A stretch of DNA of 64,000 nt, from assembly GCF_006345805.1 (NCBI RefSeq), contig NC_043010.1, forward strand, positions 32,922,001 to 32,986,000. The letters run 5' to 3'. Within the stretch, counting starts at the first letter, position 1, and the number at the start of each line of letters is the position of its first letter. Below are positions 1 through 11,759 of the stretch, piece after piece. The stretch is from Octopus sinensis. Lineage: Eukaryota. The translations under genes were made by a program, and so were the position numbers. The notes beneath the pieces were generated by a model, which was not told the origin of the DNA, did no database searches, and was given only the letters and a program-made list of their open reading frames with translations.

Positions 1-290
1 TATTTTATTTTTATTCTTATTTTTACTTTTATTTTTACTTTTATCCTACTTCCATTATTTTATTTTTAATTTTATTTTTGCTTTTATTCTACTTCCATTT
101 ATTCTCATTTTCATTTTCATCCTTACCTTAACTCTTATAATTTTATAATTCTTATACTTCATTTCTAACTATTACATTGTATTTCTTATTTTATACTGTA
201 TTTTTTATTTCTAATCTTTACCCTTACCCTCATTCTTACCCCTAACTTATCGCTTTACACCTCTATATATGTTATTTACTTACCTTGGAT
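1..290. repeat. T/C-rich strand-asymmetric low-complexity tract
   Basis: Near-absence of G; degenerate TTTTA/CTTA units. A similar tract at ~960-1250 shares the motif ACCTCTATATATGT. Confidence 0.7.
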
Positions 291-301
291 CCACCTTTTG
301 A

Positions 302-800
302 ATATACGAGCGTCCGCGTACGTGTGTATACGCATACATACATATGCACGCGCATATATGTACATGCATACTTCGATATCTTATAGCTATACCCATGTGC
401 GCGTGTGTCTCTGTGTGTGTATATGAGTGTATATGTGCACGCACATACGGACACACCGCCGTGTGTGCGTGCGCGTATTAACATGAGTACGGGATTCTTT
501 ACATACGTTCTTATACACATCCTTTAATATCTTATACCTAGACCTAGAGGCGTGGGCATATACGTGTGTGTATGTAGTGATGGGCGCGCGTATATACATG
601 TGAGCGTGTACGCGCGTAATGTCCGTGTATATATGCGGATATTCTGTTGTATGTATGTGTGTGTACGCGCGTGCGTGTGGGTGCGTGTGTGTTTATGTAC
701 GTGTTTACACGCGAGTGCGTGTGTATGCTTATAGGCTTGGAGGCGTATATGTACGCGTGTATGTGGGTGTATGTATCCATGATGATATGTATGTACTAGA
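302..800. repeat. Degenerate alternating purine-pyrimidine microsatellite (TG/CA/CG/TA)
   Basis: Long run such as GTGTGTATACGCATACATAC...GTACGCGCGTGCGTGTG; source of spurious ORFs 272-846. Confidence 0.85.
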
Positions 801-1397
801 AGTCCATTTAATTCAAGGAACCAGATTAAATGCTCATCAGCTCTGATTTACAACGCATTAAGTCCCCAGACGAAACTGTTGATTTACTGACAATTCTACA
901 ACTAAATTTTATCAATCTCCTGACCACCATGCTTGGTCCGTAACCTCTATACATCCCTTATCTTTACATTCTTTTACACTTTTATCATGTTTTTATCAGG
1001 TTTTTTTACTTTTATTTCTATTTCTATTTTTACTTTATAACCTTATGCCTTTACATTTCTTTATATTTCTTTATATTTCTTTATACCCCCTTTACATCTC
1101 CTTACAACTCTTTATATCTTTATCCTCTACATTTTTATATTATTCTATACTTACACTTTTTATATATTTTTTATCCCTCGTCCCGAACTCTCGCCCCTCC
1201 ATCTTCACCTCTATATATGTATTTATTTATTTACATTACCTCAACATCCAATTTTCCTCATTCTACATTGAGAGAAGAAAGAGATGGACGCTTCAATTCT
1301 ATGCTGCTGCCGCATTATGTCGTACGTGAATGAGAGGATTTGCATCCCCAACCAAGAATTTTTGATGTAACACATGTCCTTGTGGAAGCTGTTGTGC

Positions 1398-1475
1398 GCG
1401 GCTGAAGAAGGCCACAGACATACATTATGCATTGTTATAAATCTGTCTAATAAAGGCCCGAAACATATGTACCGC
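1398..1475 (+). ncRNA. Type I hammerhead ribozyme motif (PLE/retrozyme-like)
   Basis: Stem I GCGG(1398-1401)/CCGC(1472-1475); core CTGAAGA (1402-1408); stem II GGCC(1410-1413)/GGCC(1455-1458); GAAA (1460-1463); palindromic stem III ACATATGT; GTA cleavage triplet (1469-1471). The 10.1-11.1 pair is A-C rather than G-C. Confidence 0.65.
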
Positions 1476-1585
1476 TGAATCCTTCGCATATGTTTTTATT
1501 TTATTTTGATTAATTTACTCCACCACCTACACACCAAACGGTATACACAGGTGCTTATAATTATCAAGTACTCACCCCGAATTTC

Positions 1586-1587
1586 TC

Positions 1588-1619
<32 letters not shown>

Positions 1620-1728
1620 CACATACACTACGGCAATGCATACATACATACATACATACATACATACATACATACATACATACATACATACATACATACA
1701 TACATACATACATACATACATACATACA
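1586..1728. repeat. (TA)n/(CA)n/(TACA)n compound microsatellite
   Basis: Direct tandem repeats. Confidence 0.95.
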
Positions 1729-1741
1729 TGAGGAGGTACAT

Positions 1742-1885
1742 AACTTAGTGGTTAGAGTATTGGGCGTTGTGTTCTTGAGCAAAGCACTTCATTTCCCATT
1801 GCTCTAGTCCACTCAGCTGGCAAAATGAGTAATCCTACGACGGACTGGCGTTCCAAATACCACAGAATCCGGGAAACTGTCCACA
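1742..1885 (+). mobile_element. tRNA-derived SINE, family C (degraded)
   Basis: TTAGTGGTTAGAG A-box-like head; GTGTTCTTGAGCAAAGCACTTCATTT...CCACTCAGCTGGCAAAATGAGTA body, matching the reverse complement at 20955-21182. Confidence 0.65.
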
Positions 1886-1919
1886 TGACTTTTGATCTTT
1901 TTTTTGGCGCACACGCACA

Positions 1920-2310
<391 letters not shown>

Positions 2311-2985
2311 TACACTACGGCAATGCGTCTGAGCAACAAAATCTTAACCATACTGTCATGTCTGTACTTATATTTAAGGAATGTATAGTAAATTATGTGT
2401 ATATGATAGATAGATTGAGAGCGAGAGAGAGAGAGAGACATGTAAGTGTGTGTATATGTATACATATACATGCATACATTAATACGTACGTGTTTATGTC
2501 TACATAAACTATGTGGACATGTAGCTTACTTTCCCATTCCATAATTATGTCGATTTACCGCCACTGTTTCTTAAATCATGTGATGAAACGCTATAGAGAT
2601 CGATAATCCTTTTGTTAAACTATCAGCCTTTTACTATGTGGTCAATGCATCACCCCACGTGACTCATTTTGCACTCACTCTGACATTCACTGACCGTGTA
2701 AGATTGGCTCCCTACGGTAGTTTGGAAACACTTAAACAAATATAACTATATAATGTTTGTCTTCTAATTGATGCTTAGATAAACAAATACAGGAGACTGG
2801 GACAGCTCACACCTAGCATTCGTTGAGAATTTTTTTTATATTGAAACAGTGACAAAATAAACAAGGATCCAACTATTGTTTAAAATATTCATACTATTCT
2901 AACATAAATTGAAGCTTCGCAGAAAATTTAGAGATTTGACTGCCACTTAGATTGATCCCAGGACATTAGTGGTACTTTATTTTAC

Positions 2986-3218
2986 CGATATTGGAAGAAA
3001 GAAAAGGCAAAGTCAAACTCGGCGCTATTTGAGATATGCATAGCTAAATACCGCATGCTATTTGACTTGTCACTCATCCGATTTTGCCAGCTTATCACTG
3101 TCATCAGTTCAAAATATTGAATAGCCCTCAGTACATAACTGTTGTTTTCTTCTCTTAAATTGGCCACAAGAGGATGGAACGTAAAGTTTATCAGTGCAAG
3201 ATTTGAACACCGATTGTA
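2986..3218 (-). CDS. Candidate internal exon, unknown protein
   Basis: Only one open frame (YNRCSNLALINFTFHPLVANLREENNSYVLRAIQYFELMTVISWQNR...) between CCTTGCAG and GTAAAA in non-repetitive DNA. No confident homology. Confidence 0.2.
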
Positions 3219-3858
3219 CTGCAAGGTATTTTATAGAACGTTCTATCCACTTTGTCAGCCACCATTTTCAATAAAAAGAAATATGGAGTTCAGTTCACAT
3301 TAACACGAGACAGAATTTGTAGCCCTACAGCAAAATATAACAGACTTTGTTCAACACAAGGAGAATGCTTTCGTTAATGAATAGAATGTACAAAAAACAC
3401 TAGAACAAACTAAATTTAATACCACCAAAAGTAATTTTAACGTTCTCAACTAAGTGTTAAAGAAACAAGGCTAAACAAAAGCACAAGAAAATTAACTATT
3501 ATATTTAGAATACACTACCCAAAAATCTGACAGAAAATGGAGCTGGATTTTACTCCCCAAGTTTCCTAAAGTAAAAAGTATATGTATAAAGGAACACGAA
3601 ATGTATATGTCCTCATACTACATGCATATATTACAATTACACTCTTTTTCGCATAATGATACTATCACAATAGACACGTATAATACACAGCGTAAAAATA
3701 TTCCGATGTAACGGTATCTTTAGATTACAAAAGACGCGCGAATTAAAAAAGATACACACTTTAGTGCAAAAGGATATCATTTAGTGAAATGGAACTTTTC
3801 AAATGAAAAAAAAAAACATATCGGAAGAAAATATAAATAAAAGTAATAATTTTATATA

Positions 3859-4505
3859 CAGATAAGGGAATAATTGTATTCTCAAATGCAGGATAATGCT
3901 AATAATATAACATGAACAGGATAAGCTATCCATATTTGGCAGAAAAAGCTGTCGGCGTCCAGCCATGAGACTCCAACTCATATCCCTGTGGGCTGGCCGC
4001 CGACAGATTTTTCTGCAAAATATGGATAGTTTATCCTGTTCATGCTATATTATTAACATTACTCTGCATTTGAGAATAAAATTATTGGATCTTTTCGGTT
4101 TGAACGGCAGTTTTTAACATAATTTCTAGGTAACTAAAAAATTTTAAACTTCGTATACTGGTAGAATGTGCTTATAAAACATTTTTTTCTCTTGGCTTTA
4201 TTGAGAAAATTCTATAGTTTGTAAGCTATTTGTTGTTTTTTTCTTCAATTTCTGCAATTTCAACCAATCAGTGACGTCTATTGAGTTAAAAAGCATTCTG
4301 TGCCTTATGAATATGTCCCTCGTTTAAGAAACAGATTGGGTTTATTTACATTTGAGAAGAAAAAAGATACCCTCCCCCACCCCTAACCCTAACCCTAAAA
4401 GAGATTGAAATGCAATAGATCATAATTATGGGTGACAATTTCATATGACACCGCTAGAAAAAACTGCCGTTCAAACCGAAAAGATCCGAATTATTTCCTT
4501 ATCTG
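3859..4505. mobile_element. Foldback MITE (Tc1/mariner type), interrupted by a second MITE
   Basis: TA|CAGATAAGG...CCTTATCTG|TA termini; arms of ~100 bp pair around a loop at ~3965-3990; the right arm is split by the element at 4087-4487. Confidence 0.65.
4087..4487. mobile_element. MITE with GGATC TIRs and 8-bp TSD (Merlin-like or hAT-like), copy 1
   Basis: TIR GGATCTTTTCGGTTTGAACGGCAGTTTTT / AAAAACTGCCGTTCAAACCGAAAAGATCC; flanks AAATTATT/GAATTATT; internal (CCCTAA)3. Confidence 0.85.
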
Positions 4506-4924
4506 TATCTTTCAATACATCTCAACGCTTCTAAAGCAAACTTTGTAAGTTGACTTTCAGCGTAAATTGAAATTTAACAAATTTATGTACGGAAGCATGA
4601 AAAAACAACAACAACAACAAATGACACAAAATTAAATCCCAAGGACCCAAGGAATAAATAAATTTAATATAGGAACAGGAACAAATAAGTTTGACTGTCA
4701 TTGTGAGTACGCGTGTGTGTGTATGTGAGTGTCTGTGTGTGTGTATCTAAGTATGTATGTATGCTGACATACATACACATACGTACGTACATACATACAC
4801 ACAAACACACACATACATACATACATACTTACATACATACATGAATACATACATACATACATGCGCGTGTATGTATAGTGGAAATTGATTTGTACATCAA
4901 TATAACCAAGGTAAATCAATTGTC

Positions 4925-5343
4925 GGATCTGTTCAGTTTGAACGGCAGTTTTTTAAAATAATTTTCATGTAACTAGACACTTTTAAACTTCGTATACTGG
5001 TAGAATGTGTTTATAAAACATCTTTTTCTCTTGGCTTTATTGAGAAAATTCTTTAGTTTGTAAGATATTTGTTGATTTTTTCTTCAATTTCTGCAATTTC
5101 AACCAATCAAATACGTCTATTGAGGTAAAAAAAAACATTCTGTGCCGTATGAATATGTCCCTCGTTTAAGAAACAGATTGGGTTTATTTACATTTGTGAA
5201 GAAAAAAAGATATCCTTCCCCCACCCCTAACCCTAACCCTAAAAGAGATTGAAATGCAATAGATCGATTCTAGGGTCATAATTATGGGTGACAATTTCAT
5301 ATGACACCGCTAGAAAAAACTGCCGTTCAAACCGAAAAGATCC
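4925..5343. mobile_element. MITE with GGATC TIRs and 8-bp TSD, copy 2
   Basis: Same TIRs and body as 4087-4487; exact TSD CAATTGTC (4917-4924 / 5344-5351). Confidence 0.85.
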
Positions 5344-5574
5344 CAATTGTCTCTACAACAGACACGGCTGTCACAAATCTACGAGGGTATTCTCTCAGAA
5401 ATTCTCATCTACGAACGTCTAAATTCAAGCAGATTCATAATCTACCGACCTATTATCACAAATGATAGATGTTCATTTTTGTATGAAAAAAATAAAACGC
5501 ATTTGCAGAAGATCAGAATAGATAAATGGATACCACAAAGTGTTATAAAGATCTTTTAGAAAACAACAAAACCA

Positions 5575-6110
5575 TGACTAATGATCGTAGAAAGAGTGGG
5601 TGTGTAAACGATCTATGTAATAATCCGCTTGTTCGTTCGCCCGTTAAACATTAGGTAGTTAAAGAAGTGGGGGTGGAGTAAGAGTGAGAGAGAAAGAGGA
5701 GGAGTGAAGAAAGAAGAGAGGAAGAAGTAGAGACAAGTGATTAATATTCATACACGTAGGCCAAATTGTCACGTGGTCAGCTGAAGGTAGAGGCGAAGAA
5801 CGAGAGGAAAAAAACGACGAGAGAAAAAGAGGGATAGAGAAATGTTAACGACATGCGGTGGGGTGAGGAAGGAATACTTATTACGTGGTTAAAAAGTAAA
5901 CTGAAGGGAAAAGTAGATAGAGATGGACAGGGGAGGTAATATTGAGAGAGAGAGAGAGAGAGAGAGAGTTTGTGAGTGAGAGAGAGAAGCAGATAGTAGT
6001 GGTGGTGATGGTGGTGGTGGTGGTGGTGGTGGTGGTGTGGTGGTGGTGGTGTGTTGATAGTGAAAAGTATTTTTTTTAGTGAACTAAATCTTTTTTATAG
6101 TGACTATCTT
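5575..6110 (-). repeat. Unclassified dispersed repeat with built-in (CAC)n and (CT)n
   Basis: The reverse complement aligns by eye with 50880-51430 (TTTAACCACGTAATAA, CATGTCG, CACGTGA motifs and the same microsatellite order). Confidence 0.5.
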
Positions 6111-6724
6111 TTAAAGCAAGCGCATAAGTGCAATTATTTATCGTCTGCTCGCTTAAAAATTGATATTTGTTTATAAGGGTTAATTTAGCCTAAACTCTGG
6201 ATTCACAAGAAACACGTTTGCAAACTGCCCGAGGGAGGATGCGCAGATATAGAGCACGGATCAGAGAGGAACGGTGAGAAAATATAATAAAAAGAGGTAA
6301 AAGACAAAACCGACGGAGACACGAGAAAATGAATGTAGACGTCAAGAATATTTAAAGAAAGCTAAACTATGAATGCTATAAAAATGCAAATCATTGTTTC
6401 TTTCTGGCAACAGGAGGAAGCCAACCAGCTTTATAAAATTTGCCTCAAAGTCTTCCGTCTGACCATGCGAGTATGGATAAATGGACGTTAAAACTGTTAT
6501 GATTTTGCTTGGAAATAAGTGAGGCTTCGCAACAGAAAGAACATCTGGCCTTAGATAAATCAGCCTCAATGAATTTTGTCTGAAGGTCATTTAGCTGTTC
6601 AAATATGAAAAAAAAAATCACATGCCCTCAATGAAGTTTTGCTTGACCCTTGCACACACGGACACACAGACGTGATGATGATATTAATGAGAACAATATT
6701 AATTATGACAATAATGATACATTA

Positions 6725-6910
6725 TATATATACATATATATATTTGCATGAGTGTATATATATATATATATGTGTGTGTGTATGTGTGTGTGTGTGTGTG
6801 TGTATACATATACACACACAAACATATATACATGTATATAATGTATATATGTTTATATATATATATATTATATATATATATATTAATATATATATAATAT
6901 ATATAATATA

Positions 6911-6978
<68 letters not shown>

Positions 6979-6997
6979 ATATATATATATATATATC
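6725..6997. repeat. (TA)n/(TG)n microsatellite
   Basis: Direct tandem repeats. Confidence 0.95.
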
Positions 6998-7241
6998 AAT
7001 CTTTTCCGTTCTGTGGAATTTCCACAGGTCCCACTAGTATTGAATGATTATCAGAAAGTTCTTAAAACTGTTCCGCACTTATAGGCACATTAGTATTGAG
7101 TAAAGTTGCAGCAGTAACAAGTAGGGATATCATATATGCCAGAAGTAAACGAAAAATGATTTTACAGATTTAAACAAAAGGACTTGTAAAAATTAAACTT
7201 TCCATATCAGAAGTCGTCGGTGATCTTTTCATTTTCTTTAC

Positions 7242-7609
7242 TTTCGTGTTGCCTCAAGCAGTCTTCCGTCCCTACTCGTTTCCAACTCCTCCTTCGTCAC
7301 AAGACGGTTTCTTGCTAAGCATTTAGGGCTGAGGACAAGATAATATCTTTTACTATTTCCAGGGCTGCGACAAGCGATGCTTTTGGAACAGCAGCCTCCG
7401 AGATCTGTAGTTACTGGTTTTGCTGTTGCCTTTTCTGGTGCATTTCTTTTACTCCATCGGGAGAGAAGAAACCTTAAACGGTTTTTACTGTCACACGTGT
7501 AAAATCTAATCTTTTTCCCTGCCCCGCCAGTCATTATTAGCTCTTGAATTGTTATATGGTCCTCAAAAGTCATTAGGGTTGTATATCCATATACATCCCA
7601 TTTGAGCAC
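7242..7609 (-). CDS. Candidate internal exon, unknown protein (weakly PH/FERM-C-like)
   Basis: Part of the 146-aa ORF 7238-7678 in complex sequence; possible acceptor TGTCAG and donor GTAAAG. The N-terminal MKGEIKDKH derives from the adjacent SINE tail. Confidence 0.3.
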
Positions 7610-7682
7610 CTGACACTTGTAATCAGGTGGGATGTGTATGAATATAGATAGATGCTTATCTTTTATCTCTCCTTTCACTGGT

Positions 7683-7870
7683 TTCGATTATTGGATTGTG
7701 GCCATGCTTGGGCACGGCTTTGAGGAGTTTAGTCGAACAAATCAACCTCAGCACTTATTTTTAAGTCTGGTACTTATTCGATCGGTTTCTTGTACGAAAC
7801 ATTTAAGTTACGGGGATTAACCAAATCAGTACCGATAATCAAGCTGGTTGGGAGTGACAGACACAAAGAC
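7683..7870 (-). mobile_element. SINE family A, 3' half
   Basis: Reverse complement of the family A tail (…CGACTAAA…CCCAAGCATGGCCACAATC…). Confidence 0.7.
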
Positions 7871-8357
7871 ACATACACACAGACACATAGATGCGCGCGA
7901 TTTCTATAGAACCTGATTTCTGTTAAACCCCCAGGAGGAACAACTTCACCACGACGACTATTATTATTACTGCTGTTAGTTATTCGACCGCTACAGCCGA
8001 CTCCTATAGCAAACAAGTTTTAATCACACTACTTAATTTACTATCACAGATAGTAGTAATTTGCCGTCACAGACAATACCACTGGTCATGCAACGAAAAT
8101 TAATGGAAATTACCACGTGCCCTTGCAGAAAAAAGGAAAGTAAACTATGAATGTTTATTTTAATTTTAATTTTTATTTTATTTTATTAATAGCTCTTTTC
8201 TCTCTACATATCCCATATTAGTACATATTTTTGATAAGGTTTTTCAAAAACTGAAACATGTAAAACAAAAACAAAAGCATTCTTCTTTTAATGTATTGAT
8301 ATAAAGAAAATTAAAATGTACCTAATTTCAAGAAGTAGCGTTTTCGTTCTTCTTTTT

Positions 8358-8358
8358 C

Positions 8359-8389
<31 letters not shown>

Positions 8390-8437
8390 ATATATATATA
8401 TATATATTATATATATAATATATATATATATATTATA

Positions 8438-8487
<50 letters not shown>

Positions 8488-8519
8488 ATATTATATATAT
8501 AATATATATATATATATAT

Positions 8520-8557
<38 letters not shown>

Positions 8558-8588
8558 TGTATGTATGTATGTATGTATGTATGTATGT
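8358..8588. repeat. (TA)n/(TATG)n microsatellite
   Basis: Direct tandem repeats. Confidence 0.95.
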
Positions 8589-8589
8589 G

Positions 8590-8758
8590 TACGACTGGCT
8601 TCCACACAATTTCCATCAACTAGATTCAATCACAAGGCATTGGTCAGCTGGAGACTATAGTAGAAGACACTTGTTCAAAGTGCCGCACTATGGAACTGAA
8701 CACGAAACCACGTTGTTGCGATGTAAGCTTCTTAACCACACCGCTATGTCTGCACCGG
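8590..8758 (-). mobile_element. SINE family A, 5' half
   Basis: Reverse complement of the tRNA-like head (GGTGCAGACATAGCGGTGTGGTTAAG…GTTCAGTTCC…GAACAAGTGTCTTC). Confidence 0.75.
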
Positions 8759-9399
8759 TGCTGGTAATATTTAAAAAATAATTTTACATATTCAAACAAA
8801 AGAGGAATAGTACAAACGAAAGTTGTAGAATATTACAAAGGTACTCCCTTTTCCACTCCTTTTCAGATGAGTGATAACTCATGTAATTAATATATCAAGC
8901 CAGGCGAAATACAGATACATGTACTGCCGAACGAAAACTATCTTGAGTATACGATGCATAAATGAGGTAGAAATAATACACCACTTTCAATTGTTAAAGG
9001 ACATGCTTGGAAAAATTAGTCCAGACGCAATTAGATTATTACTTAAACTGAGCTAAATGTCAAACATGAAGCGATATGTATGAATCATATGGATTTTCCA
9101 GTAATAAGGTAGAGTTATAACTAGCGGTTATCTGAACTAGTGGTTAAGTAAATTCACATGACTGGATTAGTAAGCATGGAAATCAATACAAATTAATACA
9201 AAACAGGAATAAGAGAACTGGCTTCCGTATCCAGAGACTTGAAAAATATGATATATAAAGCAGAGGCTGAAGTCACAGCCAGCAGTGCAGAGAAAAGAAA
9301 AACAACAAAAACTTATAAAGATATAGTCACTAAATTGAAAATTGGATTATAAAATGTCATGTTGAGACAAAACACTAAATTAACAACACACACAGTTAG

Positions 9400-10280
9400 G
9401 TAAAACAATGGGGAAGACTAAGTAAAGACAAGGCCAAGTGGAAGTGGATAAAGCAACAATTCAATACTGATACATGAAGCAGGGGACCTAAAACTGAAAC
9501 CAGAGTTTTGCACCAGGAAGTGCAAGATCTCCACCTTTCACCCAACCTATTCTCTGCTTCTTGCTTGGTCTCAACCACCGACTCTTCAACTTCCTCACAC
9601 ACACCAAAAACCACAAACTCAGCCCCCTCCTCCTCAACCACTCTCCTCCCCTCTCACTCCACCTCACCTCTTCCTTTCCTGCCCATACCCTCCCACCTCT
9701 TCTCGCACTCCACCCCTTCACTCCAGCCCTTTCCCTCACACTTCCACCCTCCCTTTCCCTCAACACTGTGCATCTCCCCCTTCACCACCCACACCACTTC
9801 ATACACTGTAGTCACTATATCACCCGGCTTTTCCCTTTCCTTCCCCTCTCCGTAGGAAGGTTCGCTCCTCAGTAAGGGTCTCTGTTTCGTACCTCTCACA
9901 CCCCACTGCGATGAATTTGGGACCCGCACTGATGTCGGTCAGTTCCTGCCCCGCACAAAACTGTACGCATTCTTGCACCCATCAACACAGCAACACAACA
10001 ATTTGGATTGCTTCTCGGAGCGGGGTCAGCCCATCCAACTGGGCGCTGCCTCCAGGCCAGTTTAACACTCAAGACTTGTTCGGGAACGACTGCAACAACC
10101 TTGTTAATCGATTCGGAGTAGTTGAAACAGGGACAACTGAAGAAGGGGAATATTCTTTATGTTGCATGTCTCGTTTCTCTGTTTGTTTTTTTCGTTGTTC
10201 CAAGAAAAAAAAGCTCGTTTCTATGTTTTTGTTTTCATGTTTTCGTTTCTCATTGTGTTCAACTTTTTTTTATACCTGTA
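9400..10280 (+). mobile_element. Penelope-like element, decayed N-terminal ORF fragment plus terminal-repeat-like tail
   Basis: TVVTISPGFSLSFPSP*EGSLLSKGLCFVPLTPHCDEFGTRTDVGQFLPRTKLYAF, then with a frameshift PSNWALPPGQFNTQDLFGNDC. These match the PLE pre-RT motifs LSKGLxFxP and SxWxPPxGxxxxLDLFIxxC. Confidence 0.6.
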
Positions 10281-10468
10281 CTCATATATGCATGCATATA
10301 TACATATATATATATATGTAAATATGTACATATATGTATGTATATATGCATATATTTATATATTGTTTATATCATTATATGATCGAAGGCCACGCATCCT
10401 TTTCCAAGTAAGTTTCATCTACATACATATATACTTATATATATATATATTATATATATATATATATA

Positions 10469-10510
<42 letters not shown>

Positions 10511-11214
10511 CAAAACAAGCAACAAGTATATCCGAGGTAATGTGGTACGATCGTTTCATGCTACTTCATTTTATTAAACACTGTAAGCATTACATCATTT
10601 TTTTAAATGTCGAGCAATTTTCAGCCACTTTTAGAGAATTTCCAAACAACATTCTTATCCCTAATTCATTTCCCAACATTATCAGTTGTCGGCTCTCTAT
10701 CTACTCCTTATTTCAAGCATTTAACGACAATATGAGTCTTCAAAGACAGTTGCTTCCACAAACTCTAATAGAATTTGGGATTTATGGAGGGTCAAAGTTG
10801 GGAACACAAAAATGACAGTGGAGACATACAATGAAACCGAACGAAAACAAACATGGAGGGTCGTTAGACCACAACGAATGGGAAATAGTGAACGCTGGGA
10901 GGGACATTTTTTTAAAGAAAAAAAGAAGAGAGAAAAAAAACAGATCCATTGTTCTAAACATCCGTGCAGGAAAAGAAAGATGGACGATGGCCACGTGTGA
11001 TCAACGAGAGAGAGCAAAGAGAAAAAGAAAGAGGGGAGAGGGTGATGAAGAGAAAGATAGAAAACGGTGGAGGAATGGGGAGAAAAATGGAATTAAAGAA
11101 GGCTGGAGGAAGAAAACAGTACAGAATAGAGTCGCATCAAAAAGGTGATGATAAACTTACTTGGAAATGGATGTGTCGCGTTCAAATGAATAATAAATAA
11201 TAAATAATATATAA

Positions 11215-11287
<73 letters not shown>

Positions 11288-11298
11288 TATATATATTC

Positions 11299-11362
<64 letters not shown>
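11215..11362. repeat. (TA)n microsatellite
   Basis: Direct tandem repeats. Confidence 0.95.
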
Positions 11363-11364
<2 letters not shown>

Positions 11365-11759
11365 ATAGAGGACGTCATCAACGGTACAAATAACATGAAA
11401 TACGTAAACAAACGAAAGAAAAACGAGTCGTGTCCTGTATACAAGTATATATATATATTTGTATGTATGTGTATGTTGGTATGTGAAATCACGTTGTTGG
11501 ATGTATAAAAGACAAAAGAGAGTGGAAAATACAGAAGGCTCGTATTATATGGTTAAAGAATATATTTAAATCATCATGTTAGAAAAATGTTAGAAAATTT
11601 TGCGTATAGTAAGATTGGTTTTGAGGAAATATCCGGTTTCGTATTTTCTTTTCAAATTTCTCAAAATTTTTAACCTATATTGTGTCATGTCTTGTGAAAT
11701 ATGGAGTTCCAGACAGGGGAAGGTAATCAGGGATTTTTCCGGTATAAGGGAGATAATAA

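Noticed and set aside
802-881. CTGATGA with a 7-bp stem on the minus strand (802-840), and GTC-CCCA-GAC-GAAAC on the plus strand (862-875)
   Set aside because: Each is only half a hammerhead: the first lacks GAAA and the second lacks CTGANGA.
4377-4398. (CCCTAA)3, also at ~5225-5243, as a telomere
   Set aside because: Internal to a MITE, far too short, and not at a chromosome end.
6342-6595. Strong-looking minus-strand acceptor (T-tract…GAACAG) before an 82-aa ORF
   Set aside because: The listed ORF frame has a stop immediately after the acceptor, it does not join in phase with the 7242-7609 candidate, and the peptide is unrecognisable.
8869-8966. Plus-strand AG/GT-bounded segment
   Set aside because: All three frames have early stops.
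9865-9900. GAAAC…CTGAGGAG on the minus strand as a permuted hammerhead
   Set aside because: Only 12 nt separate the motifs, too few for stems I and III, and the region is explained by PLE coding sequence on the plus strand.
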